From Macrostomum hystrix (lineage: Eukaryota > Animalia > Platyhelminthes), in assembly GCA_950097015.1 (NCBI GenBank), contig CATNEN010000003.1, positions 10,416,001 to 10,480,000 on the forward strand: a stretch of DNA of 64,000 nucleotides. The letters are read 5' to 3'. The notes beneath the pieces were generated by a model that saw only the letters and a program-made list of their open reading frames with translations, searched no databases and had not been told where the DNA came from. Shown piece after piece: positions 34,130-46,041 of the stretch. The number at the start of each line of letters is the position of its first letter. Within the stretch, counting starts at the first letter, position 1. Made by a program: the position numbers and the translations under genes.

Positions 34130-37100
34130 TCCCACTCCGTTTTCTAATATCCTTCAAGGTTTTCTAATATCCTTCTCGGTTTTCTAATAACCTTCTCGGT
34201 CTTCTAATAACCTTCTCGGTCTTCTAATAACCTTCTCGGTCTTCTAATAACCTTCTCGGTCTTCTAATAACCTTCTCGGTTTTCTAATAACCTTCTCGGT
34301 TTTCTAATAACCCTCTCGGTTTTCTAATAACCTTCTCGGTTTTCTAATAACCTTCAAGGTTTTCTAAAAACCTTCTCGGTTTTCTAATAACCTTCTCGGT
34401 TTTCTAATAACCTTCAAGGTTTTCTAATAACCTCGGTTTTCTAATAACCTTCTCGGTTTTCTAATATCCTTCTCGGTTTTCTAATAACCTTCTCGGTCTT
34501 CTAATAACCTTCTCGGTCTTCTAATAACCTTCTCATTTTCTAATAACCTTCTCGGTTTTCTAATAACCCTCTCGGTTTTCTAATAACCTTCTCGGTTTTC
34601 TAATAACCTTCAAGGTTTTCTAAAAACCTTCTCGGTTTTCTAATAACCTTCTCGGTTTTCTAATAACCTTCAAGGTTTTCTAATAACCTCGGTTTTCTAA
34701 TAACCTTCTCGGTTTTCTAATATCCTTCTCGGTTTTCTAATATCCTTCTCGGTTTTCTAATAACCTTCTCGGTCTTCTAATAACCTTCTCGGTTTTCTAA
34801 TAACCTTCTCGGTCTTCTAATAACCTTCTCGGTTTTCTAATAACCTTCTCGGTCTTCTAATAACCTTCTCGGTCTTCTAATAACCTTCTCGGTCTTCTAA
34901 TAACCTTCTCGGTTTTCTAATAACCTTCTCGGTTTTCTAATAACTTTCTCGGTTTTCTAATAACCTTCTCGGTTTTCTAATAACCTTCTCGGTTTTCTAA
35001 TATCCTTCTCGGTTTTCTAATAACCTTCTCGGTTTTCTAATAACCTCGCTTTTCAAATATCCTTCTCGGTTTTCTAATAACTTTCTCGGTTTTCTAATAA
35101 CTTTCTCGGTTTTCTAATAACCTTTTCGGTTTTCTAATAACCTTCTCGGTTTTCTAATAACCTTCAAGGTTTTCTAATATCCTACTCGGTTTTCTAATCT
35201 CCCACTCCGTTTTCTAATAACCTCGTTTTTCAAATATCCTACTCGGTTTTCTAATAACCTTCTCGGTTTTCTAATATCCCACTCCGTTTTCTAATATCCT
35301 CGATTTTCTAATCTGCCACTCCGTTTTCTAATATCCTCGGTTTTCTAATCTCCCACTCCGTTTTCTAATAACCTCGTTTTTCAAATATCCTTCTCGGTTT
35401 TCTAATAACTTTCTCGGTTTTCTAATAACTTTCTCGGTTTTCTAATAACCTTCTCGGTTTTCTAACAACCATCTCGGTTTTCTAATAACCTTCTCGGTTT
35501 TCTAATAACTTTCTCGGTTTTCTAATAACTTTCTCGGTTTTCTAATAACTTTCTCGGTTTTCTAATAACCTTCTCGGTTTTCTAATAACCTTCTCGGTCT
35601 TCTAATAACTTTCTCGGTTTTCTAATAACCTTCTCGGTTTTCTAATAACCTTCAAGGTTTTCTAATATCCTACTCGGTTTTCTAATAACCTTCAAGGTTT
35701 TCTAATATCCTACTCGGTTTTCTAATATCCCACTCCGTTTTCTAATATCCTCGGCTTTCTAATCTGCCACTCCGTTTTCTAATATCCTCGGTTTTCTAAT
35801 CTGCCACTCCGTTTTCTAATATCCTCGGTTTTCTAATCTCCCACTCCGTTTTCTAATATTCTTCTCGGTTTTCGAATAACCTCGGTTTTCAAATATCCTT
35901 CTCGGTTTTCTAATAAACTTCTCGGTTTTCTAATAACCTTCTCGGTCTTCTAATAACCTTCTTGGTTTTCTAATAACCTCGGTTTTCTAATAACCTTCAA
36001 GGTTTTCTAATATCCTACTCGGTTTTCTAATAACCTCTCGGTTTTCTAATATCCTTCTCGGCTTTCTAATAACTTTCTCGGTTTTCTAATAACCTCGGTT
36101 TTCTAATATCCTCGGTTTTCAAATATCCTTCTCGGTTTTCTAATAAACTTCTCGGTTTTCTAATAACCTTTTCGGTTTTCTAATAACCTTCTCGGTTTTC
36201 TAATAACCTTCTCGGTTTTCTAATAACCTTCTCGGTTTTCTAATAACCTTCTCGGTTTTCTAATAACTTTCTCGGTTTTCTAATATCCTTCTCGGTCTTC
36301 TAATATCCTTCTCGGTTTTCTAATAACCTTCTCGATTTTCTAATAACTTTCTCGGTTTTCTAATAACCTTCTCGGTTTTCTAATAACTTTCTCGGTTTCC
36401 TAATAACTTTCTCGGTTTTCTAATAACCTTATCGGTTTTCTAATAACCTTCTCGGTTTTCTAATAACTTTCTCGGTTTCCTAATAACTTTCTCGGTTTTC
36501 TAATAACCTTCTCGGTCTTTTAATAACCTTCTCGGTTTTCTAATAACCTCGGTTTTCTAATAACCTTCAAGGTTTTCTAATATCCTACTCGGTTTTCTAA
36601 TAACCTCTCGGTTTTCTAATTCCTTCTCGGCTTTCTAATATCCTTCTCGGTCTTCTAATAACTTTCTCGGTTTTCTAATAACCTTCTCGGTTTTCTAATA
36701 ACCTTCAAGGTTTTCTAATATCCTACTCGGTTTTCTAATAACCTTCAAGGTTTTCTAATATCCTACTCGGTTTTCTAATATCCCACTCCGTTTTCTAATA
36801 TCCTCGGCTTTCTAATCTGCCACTCCGTTTTCTAATATCCTCGGTTTTCTAATCTGCCACTCCGTTTTCTAATATCCTCGGTTTTCTAATCTCCCACTCC
36901 GTTTTCTAATATTCTTCTCGGTTTTCTAATAACCTCGGTTTTCAAATATCCTTCTCGGTTTTCTAATAAACTTCTCGGTTTTCTAATAACCTTCTCGGTC
37001 TTCTAATAACCTTCTTGGTTTTCTAATAACCTCGGTTTTCTAATAACCTTCAAGGTTTTCTAATATCCTACTCGGTTTTCTAATAACCTCTCGGTTTTCT

Positions 37101-38080
37101 AATATCCTTCTCGGCTTTCTAATAACTTTCTCGGTTTTCTAATAACCTCGGTTTTCTAATATCCTCGGTTTTCAAATATCCTTCTCGGTTTTCTAATAAA
37201 CTTCTCGGTTTTCTAATAACCTTTTCGGTTTTCTAATAACCTTCTCGGTTTTCTAATAACCTTCTCGGTTTTCTAATAACCTTCTCGGTTTTCTAATAAC
37301 CTTCTCGGTTTTCTAATAACTTTCTCGGTTTTCTAATATCCTTCTCGGTCTTCTAATATCCTTCTCGGTTTTCTAATAACCTTCTCGATTTTCTAATAAC
37401 TTTCTCGGTTTTCTAATAACCTTCTCGGTTTTCTAATAACTTTCTCGGTTTCCTAATAACTTTCTCGGTTTTCTAATAACCTTATCGGTTTTCTAATAAC
37501 CTTCTCGGTTTTCTAATAACTTTCTCGGTTTCCTAATAACTTTCTCGGTTTTCTAATAACCTTCTCGGTCTTTTAATAACCTTCTCGGTTTTCTAATAAC
37601 CTCGGTTTTCTAATAACCTTCAAGGTTTTCTAATATCCTACTCGGTTTTCTAATAACCTCTCGGTTTTCTAATTCCTTCTCGGCTTTCTAATATCCTTCT
37701 CGGTTTTCTAATATCCTCGGTTTTTAAATATTCTTCTCGGTTTTCTAATAAACTTCTCGGTTTTCTAATAACCTTCTCGGTCTTCTAATAACCTTCTCGG
37801 TTTTCTAATAACCTCGGTTTTCTAATAACCTTCAAGGTTCTCTAATATCCTACTCGGTTTTCTAATAACCTCTCGGTTTTCTAATATCCTTCTCGGCTTT
37901 CTAATATCCTTCTCGGTTTTCTAATATCCTCGGTTTTCAAATAACCTTCTCGGTTTTCTAATAACCTTCTCGGTTTTCTAATATCTTTCTCGACTTTCTA
38001 ATATCCTTCAAAACTTTCTAATGACCTTGGTTTCCTAATATTCTTCGTGTTTTTTAATATCATTTTTCTAATCTCCATTC
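34130..38080. repeat. 20-bp (and 17-bp variant) minisatellite TTCTCGGTTTTCTAATAACC, ~4 kb, with a ~1053-bp block duplication
   Basis: The rare variant CTTATCGG occurs at ~36428 and ~37481 in identical context. Confidence 0.97.
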
Positions 38081-38097
38081 TAACATCCTATTCTTAC

Positions 38098-38145
38098 CTC
38101 TACGTTTTCAAACATTTTATTGAAGTTGAAGCTTTGAACACGCAT
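38098..38145 (-). CDS. Candidate 48-nt coding micro-exon (MRVQSFNFNKMFENVE) of an unannotated minus-strand transcript
   Basis: TACTTTCAG|ATG...GAG|GTAAGA; only one frame is open. No homology recognised. Confidence 0.35.
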
Positions 38146-40078
38146 CTGAAAGTATACAATAGTATTATCATCAATCAAACAAACAAGTCAAATATGAATT
38201 GAATAGGTGTGAATCATTCAAGGTGAGGGGCATTTGCTCTCTCGCATGTTGCATTTGGGACCAGTTGATGGTAAGACTTGACACAGCTGAAGTTATAGAA
38301 TCATAACAATAATTAGTTATTTAGTTCAGCTATGCCAAAATCTTGCCTTCTACTGAAATAATGGCTTATTTCAAAGTCCCAATCGGCTGTGGTGACAGTG
38401 ACATGCACAAATATAAAGGTATGAAGCACTGATTTTATAATGTCATTGATTTGCTGTTAAGGGATTTAAGGGGCCAGTTGCTTCATTTGGTTCTTATTTT
38501 TCGGGTTGGTCAAGATTTCATTGCTAAACTGCCCGAGCGAGCATATAGATATTAGATATAGTCTACACACTACACACCTAGCTTTAGCTTGCGCGGCCTA
38601 AACTAGATCAGATGATAAGATAACGAAAAAGCGTTTTAAGGGCTTATGGGCTTGTATGAATCTATAGCATTTAGACTAAGGGGGCCATGTGTGCTATTTG
38701 ATAAAAAGCCTTCGCTAAATCGACTTTGCGCATGAAGTATTAATAGTTAGAACTATAATTGCTTCCCTTTACTCAGTAAACTTAACTAGTTAAGCAGAAA
38801 ACTTGTTTGTTTTGTCGATCGATTTTTCGCACGAGTTCAAAAGTATCGAATTAAAAATTCCTGGTTGATAAGATTTAGTTCAGTTTAGGTCAAGAGGAAG
38901 TCACAAGGGTTGAGAAAGCCTGAGCAACAGCACAGAACAAACACGGGAATGAAATTTTGGAAACTATTTTTCAATTGGCTTCCAATTCACTTCTGAGAAA
39001 AAAGGTCAAAGCAAACAAAGCTGGACAGTACAGTGCCACAACAAAATCGAATCCCAAAAAGAATAAAAAACGATAGCATAGGGTCGTGGTGTGGTGGCGG
39101 TGGTGTGTGTGGGCATGAATCAAGTCCGATTTTATTCCACTCCCTTACCAGATTTTTAGAGGGCCTGTCGGGGTGGGGATTACAGAGAGATAGGACTCGA
39201 TTTACCCGAGTTGGGGTAAGAGAATGGGGGTTTCGGATGGGGCAATGGAAGAAGAGGACGCCCTCCTGTCACAGATTGTTTACCTCCCCTCCCTACCGCC
39301 CCGGGGCTAGAGAACAGGCAGAAATGAAACCGACCGGGGGCCTGCCTGGGGGCTTCCCAGACGAAGAGAAGAGGGAAGATAGGGAAATGGATAGGGGATG
39401 CCAGGACAGGAAGGGACAAACGACAAAGCCGTTTCGATTTAAAAAAGCTAGCTCGGCTGGCCTTACTTTATTAGACGAATCTGTGCCTGCCAGTACAGAA
39501 TACAGTTCTGCATTTTCGAGGGAAGTTTTTTATTACATTTTGGTGGCTCAGAATTTTTTTCGATCCTAGCAGCAACCAAGTCCAGATGCTGGCAGACTTT
39601 TTCTTCTAGAATTCTGAGCCTCGGCTTGAATTTCAGATTTTCGGGCAGAATATCGGGCAGACTGGCATTTAAGACATTGATTTTCTACAGCCAAGGGATT
39701 TTTCATAATATTTAAGCTAAACCGAAAACTCCACTTACCTTGATTTATCCTTGATTTAAATTTCTGAAGCCGCTTTATAAAACTGGACGAAATTCGTCTT
39801 TTATGCCACTTTAGGATTCAAGATAATGGTCTTGTCTGCTTTCATACAAATTGAAATTGAAATAACTTTTGTAATAAGCTGAAAAAACTGTTAAAGCAGT
39901 TACTATAAAGCTTTCATAAGATATATTAATAGATCTACTCCTGTCTACACCGTGTTAACTTTATCCTTGTAGAACGGAATTAGGAATTAATATTATTAAA
40001 GTTACTAATCTTATCTAAGATGGTCCAAGCACAGACGGGGCAGGGCAGGGCGTTGGACAAGACGAGGGTGTCTTGGCC

Positions 40079-40144
40079 TTTTTATAATCGTTCTTCTGAT
40101 TTGAGCGGCGCGGACTGGGGGGTTGGCCTGGGGTGTTTGATTGG
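40079..40144 (-). promoter_or_regulatory. Candidate Pol II promoter (CCAAT at 40144-40140, TATAAAAA at 40086-40079)
   Basis: Both motifs lie in a GC-rich unique island, and a strong donor CAAG|GTAAGT lies downstream at 39738. Confidence 0.35.
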
Positions 40145-41311
40145 AAGGCTCCAGCCCAAGCTCAATCCGAAACCCCAGAACTGACGCACATTGCACAAAC
40201 AGCGCCGTCAACCCCAACCTCCACCCTCCGATTCCAAAAAGGCTAACCTCCCTCCCCAGTTCAAACACATCTCTTGTTCGCTAAGGCATGCATGGGACCG
40301 GGCCGTGGAGTGCAAGGGGGTCTGGATTGGACTGAATTGTTTATTCGAGGAACAGGGAGGGGCCTGGCCTGCATGCAGTGTGCTATTTTTTCTTCAACTT
40401 TCTGAAATAGGATAGAGCAAGGACCTGAGGACCAAAGAGCTGAGTTTAGTAGTTATATTTGTAGAAGAAAGCAAAACAAAGATAGGATGCCTTCCTATGC
40501 GCGTTCTCTAATAAAGCAGACGGATCAGACAAAAACAGCTACAAATTTGTACTTATAAACTATTCCAAACTGTGCCACATTTACCAATGCAATTTCTTTT
40601 GTATTTCATTAAATCAAGAATACGTGTCAAAAAGCGCGTTGGAGATGCAGGTAGATGTGGAATTGAATTGAATTCTGCTGTTGAGAAATTCGTGTGAAAC
40701 ACGACAGCCGGCGGTGGGTGGAGACGAATGTTTTTTATTTACAAGTGTAACACTCTCCTGGACGAGAACGGCAGATGGAGGGGGCTTCAGGCGCCAAACA
40801 GAACAGAAGGCCGAAGGGTGAAGGGATGAATTCGATGAAGGGCTTCTACGAGTATGCTAAAAATAGCACAAAGTCGATTGTTTCTCAACAAACACTATGC
40901 ATGTATATATGTACATGTATATTAAGAATGTATTAAACTACGAAGAGTACCAACCAAATAGCTCGAAAATGGAATGCCTAGCTAAAGTAAATGTCATTCG
41001 CTTTTGCGCATATATTAAAATTATTATTATTGAGGTGCGCACGCCGATTGGGTGCTGATTTTTTTGTTTATTTTATGTTTGACGTTGAACAAATCGATTT
41101 AAAAAAAAGAAGGCGATAGGAAAACAGTGGCATGCATAAGATTAATTTTAGGTGAATAAAATATTTGAAAAAAATCAAATTTTTGAAATATACAAAGGCA
41201 TTAAAACAAAAGTTAAATATTGAAATTTAAAGAAAAAATTAAAACTGACCGAAAGAAGATAGCTATTGTGTTTTTGCATTCTAACTATGGGCCTCAGGGC
41301 AGTGGCTTTTT

Positions 41312-41860
41312 TTATCTTGCTTTAAGTATGCTTTCTATGAAGTCCACAAAACTTTCTGTTAATTCTGTGCTTTCCTGTGTCATTAAATACACTATTTTGT
41401 CATCAGCTGTTAGGCTTTCGAAATTTCGAACAGTAACCTGCCACTTTCTCTATGAATTTATTTCTAATTGGAACATAAACAGACCAATCGCATCTAAATA
41501 GAATATGAGTTTCGTTCTCTACCTCGACTCTACATTTTGGACATGTTCTGCTTTCATAGGCGATTTTTGGTCTTAGAGTGCGCAATGTCTCACAGGCCAG
41601 TTTGTGGTTTCCTAGACGAAATCGGGACATTGTGCGCCTTTGTTCTGGGTTAGAGATTATTGTTAGGTACTTTTCTCGGGAGAAATCTTTCTTAAACGTG
41701 TAATAGAAATGGCTGAGCTTGGCTGATTTTCCCATCCTCTGAGTCCAGTGCCTTCGAAACTCTGACTCAAAGTTCTCTCTGTGCGTTTTGATGGACTTTG
41801 TTTTTCTAGTCTGTTGACAATATACTAAAAATGTCCCAACATGGTTAACCACATGTTAAG
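41312..41860 (-). mobile_element. 5'-truncated non-LTR retrotransposon, ORF2 C-terminus (RTEX/L2/CR1-like)
   Basis: KLSHFYYTFKKDFSREKYL..RRTMSRFRLGNHKLACET..RTCPKC..VENETHILFRC..Y..IR includes a CCHC knuckle. After a frameshift it continues FESLTADDKIVYLM..FIESILKAR* (stop at 41314-41312). Confidence 0.88.
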
Positions 41861-42029
41861 AGTTATTAGCTACTCGTATTACTCACAGCAAAAACGGATA
41901 CTAAATAACAACAACCTCTTGCAGGTCGAGAACACAATTTTACAAAAGGACCAGAAAAGGGACCATTTGAGTGAAGACGAAGGCTTTAGATAGCTTGAGA
42001 AACTGACACGGGAGATAAAAATGGGGGAG

Positions 42030-42765
42030 ATTAAGCAGGGGAGAGATGAGACAGCGGAGAGATGAGACAGAGGAGGGATGAGACAGGGGAAGGGATGAGA
42101 CAGGGGAGAGATGAGACAGGGAGAGATGAGACAGATGAGGGATGAGACAGGGGAGAGATGAGACAGGGGAGAGATGAGACAGGGAAAGATGAGACAGGGA
42201 GAGATGAGACAGGGGAGATGAGACAGAGGAGGGATGAGACAGGGGAGATGAAACAGGGGAGAGATGAGACAGGGGAGAGGTGAGACAGGGGAGAGATGAG
42301 ACAAGGGAGAGATGAGAGAGGGAAATGATATGACACGGAAATGATGAGACAGGGGAGATGAGACAGAGGAGGGATGAGACAGGGGAGAGATGAGACAGGG
42401 GAGAGATGAGACAGGGAGAGATGAGACAGGGAGAGATGAGACAGGGGAGATGAGACAGAGGAGGGATGAGACAGGGGAGAGATGAGACAGGGAGAGATGA
42501 GACAGGGGAGAGATGAGACAGGGGAGATGAGACAGAGGAGGGATGAGACAGGGGAGATGAAACAGGGGAGATAAAATAGAGGAGAGATGAGACAGGGGAG
42601 AGATGAGACAAGGGAGAGATGAGAGAGGGAAATGATATGACACGGAAATGATGAGACGGGAGAGGAAACAGGGGAGAGATCAGACAGGGGTGAGATGAGA
42701 CAGGGGAGATGAGAGACGGAAATGATGAGAGAGGGAAATGATATGACACGGGTCACGGATGAGAT
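42030..42765. repeat. 14-16-bp purine-rich minisatellite GAGATGAGACAGGGGA (GATGAGACA family)
   Basis: Tandem units with a ~307-bp internal duplication. Confidence 0.94.
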
Positions 42766-43074
42766 AGGTTACCTAAGCATCAACTATCTGTTCTAAACGT
42801 GCTTCTCTTCCTTAATAGAGTGCAGCTATTTCCCACTATTCGGTTCCCCCATAAGAAAAATGCAGACTTTTAGTCTTAGAAAATAGTTAATCATCTTCAC
42901 TTTCCGTATGTATAGCGATGGGCCCATGCAGACCGAATATCAAACCTCATCTGCCTTTGGATACATAATTAGGGCGAATTTGTTTTATGGCCCTAAAGTA
43001 TTTGTCTTCTGTTTGTATCAGTTCTTGGCTGCACTAGAAATTGCGCTCGAAGCTATATAGTAGAAACTACATAG

Positions 43075-43800
43075 ATCACCCTCTGATCTGCACCCTCCGA
43101 TCTTCACTCTCCGATCTTCACCCTCTGATCTGCACCCTCCGATCTTCACCCTCCGATCTTCACCCTCCGAACTTCACCCTCCGAACTTCACCCTCCGATC
43201 TTCACCCTCCGATCTTCACCCTCCAATTTGCACCCTCCGATCTTCACCCTCCAATTTTCACCCTCCGATTTTCACCCTCCGATCTTCACCCTCCGATCTT
43301 CACCCTCCGATTTTCACCCTCCGATTTTCACCCTCCGATCTTCACCCTCCAATTTGCACCCTCCGATCTTCACCCTCCAATTTTCACCCTCCGATCTTCA
43401 CCCTCCAATTTGCACCCTCCGATCTTCACCCTCCAATTTTCACCCTCCGATCTTCACCCTCCAATTTTCATCCTCCGTTTTTCACCCTCCGATTTTCGCC
43501 CTCTGATCTGCATTCTCCGATCTTCACCCTCCAATTTTCACCCCTCCGATTTTCACCCTCCAATTTTCACCCTCTGATCTTCACCCTCCGATCTTCACTC
43601 TCCAAATTTCACCCTCCGATTTTCACCCTCCGATTTTCACCCTCCGATTTTCACCCTCCAATTTTCATCCTCTGATCTTGACCCTCCAAATTTCACCCTC
43701 CGATTTTCACCCTCCGATTTTCACCCTCCGATCTTCACCCTCCGATTTTCATCCTCCGATTTTCACCCTCCGATTTTCATCCTCCGATCCTTACCTTCTG
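43075..43800. repeat. 14-bp minisatellite CACCCTCCGATCTT
   Basis: Tandem units with variants. Confidence 0.94.
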
Positions 43801-44219
43801 ATATTTTTCCTCCAATATTTACCAATAGATCTTCATCCAAATATCTTTAAGCTTCAATCTACTCGATTATATTTTCTCACTTTTTGGGCGCATATTGCTA
43901 TTTTTGTTAACGGAGTAAACTATAGTATTAGAAAGTATCTGATATTGACTCATTCACCTATAAGCCTACAATATACATATGCAAAGCTCCCAGTGAGTTA
44001 GATATTGATGCCTCGTATAGATTTCTTTCCTAATAAAATCGGGTCATTAGCTGCAGAAAGCTCTATGCAATGCATGTATTTCTTAGCATTTTCTTGCTAC
44101 CCTCTCTTTAATTCTCAATCTCACTCTTATATACTCGTAGAATTCTAGGATAACCATTTTACTGATTTTAGCATAACTAATAACTAGTAATTAGTACTAA
44201 CTAGTTCTAATCTAATCTA

Positions 44220-44500
44220 GGCAGGGGTTGTAGCCTAGTGGTCAGAGCGTCGGACTCACGACTTGAAGGTCGGGGGTTCGATTCCCAAATCCTCTTAAAC
44301 AATTGGTGTCTTATAGCAGGACACTTAACTCTGCATATAGATGAGTACTAGCTGGGGTAATTGAGGGTGGGTGTGGCGTCCCCCCAGTCCATGGACTGAA
44401 CAGCCGTACGCAGCCTTCAGATGCGCCGCGCAATAGCTGCGGCTGTGCTGTCTGCTGCACATCTGACCTAGTCGTGCAAGGTGTAATTAATAATTATTAT
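44220..44500 (+). mobile_element. tRNA-derived SINE family B, most complete copy
   Basis: A-box TAGCCTAGTGG, B-box GGTTCGATTCC, CORE-like GTGTC..GCAGGACACTTAACTC, 14-bp palindrome, AT-rich tail. Related copies at 19.8, 31.5 and 44.5 kb. Confidence 0.88.
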
Positions 44501-44515
44501 CAATTACTAGTTACT

Positions 44516-44665
44516 AGGCTGTTTACAGTTCTGTTCAGTCCATGGACTGGGGAGAGGGCGCACACTTTCCACTAGGAGATTAATTGTCTGTATGGCTTAA
44601 GGACACAAATATCTTTCATTTGGGCTTGAAATTCGAACTCTCGACAACACGGTTTGGTTGCAAGC
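44516..44665 (-). mobile_element. Diverged SINE (family B-related) in inverted, tail-to-tail orientation
   Basis: Minus strand: GAGTTCGAATTTC..TGTGTCCTTAAGC..CCCCAGTCCATGGACTGAACAG. Confidence 0.7.
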
Positions 44666-45034
44666 TCATTTTCGATGTCAAGTAAATTAAAAAAGTAAAA
44701 ATATTATACGAGCGATAATAATAGCGATATATATTTCGTGTGCTGGCGAAAATTGAAATACATATAGGCCCTATATGAGGACCATTTGCCGCTTGATTGC
44801 ACTGCTAAATTTGAAATCTATCTTCTTCGTTTTGTTTAAATCACAAGACGAAAAATAATACACTCGAGATGACAGAAGCTGTGACGAAATCTTAAAACTG
44901 AAATTGATATTTCCTAAAAAATTGAAAATACGCTCGTTTTTCTAGGCATGATTAAGTTTTCCTGAAAATGCTCATAGTTTTAAGCTAGTTGAGACGTCCG
45001 AATTTTACTGCAATAATAGAGATTTCCGAATTGA

Positions 45035-45770
45035 GTAGATTAAGTACCCCAGTCCTAGATTGAGTACCTCAGTCCTAGATTGAGTACCCCAGTCCTAGAT
45101 TGAGTACCTCAGTCCTAGATTGAGTACCCCAGTCCTAGATTGAGTACCTCAGTCCTAGATTGAGTACCTCAGTCCTAGATTGAGTACCTCAGTCCTAGAT
45201 TGAGAACTCAGTCCTAGATTGAGTACCTCAATCCTAGATTGAGAACCCCAGTCGTAGATTGAGTACACGACTCGTAGATTGAGTACCTCAGTCCTAGATT
45301 GAGTACCCCAGTCCTAGATTGAGTACCTCAGTCCTAGATTGAGAACCCCAGTCCTAGATTGAGTACCTCAGTCCTAGATTGAGTACCTCAGTCGTAGATT
45401 GAGAACCCCAGTCCTAGATTGAGAACCCCAGTCCTAGATTGAGAACCCCAGTCCTAGATTGAGAACCCCAGTCCTAGATTGAGAACCCCAGTCCTAGATT
45501 GAGAACCTCAGTCCTAGATTGAGTACCCCAGTCCTAGATTGAGTACCTCAGTCCTAGATTGAGTACCTCAGTCCTAGATTGAGTACCTCAGTCCTAGATT
45601 GAGTACCTCAGTCCTAGATTGAGTACCCCAGTCCTAGATTGAGTACCTCAGTCCTAGATTGAGTACCTCAGTCCTAGATTGAGTACCTCAGTCCTAGATT
45701 GAGTACCTCAGTCCTAGATTGAATACCTCAGTCCTAGATTAAGTACCTCAGTCCTACTAGTCCTAGATCC
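45035..45770. repeat. 20-bp minisatellite AGTCCTAGATTGAGTACCTC
   Basis: Tandem units; detached copy at 46021-46050. Confidence 0.96.
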
Positions 45771-46041
45771 TAGTTATTAAAACAGGTTTTCATCGAACCG
45801 GCTAAAGCTTATTCACCGGAACTTGCAAGCTAATCGTTCTCTTAAAAAATCCTATAAGTTTTGCACTTTAAAACACCCTAAATGATATCGAATTCTACTG
45901 ATCTATGTGCCAAATTAAATAGTTTTCAAAATTCATTTTCTGCACTTATTTCCTGGATAAGTTCTTTTGATCATTTCGGCAAACGTGACTTGCTCCCTCC
46001 ATCCCCTTCCTCCTTCCCCATTGAGTACCCCAGTCCTAGAT

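Noticed and set aside
39033-39569. 178-aa ORF and neighbouring ORFs at 39180-40415
   Set aside because: Mostly non-ATG starts in GC-rich, promoter/enhancer-like DNA; no protein features.
44221-44296. tRNA gene (also 16010-16082 and 31451-31505)
   Set aside because: Stems are mismatched, and the heads continue into shared SINE bodies and tails.
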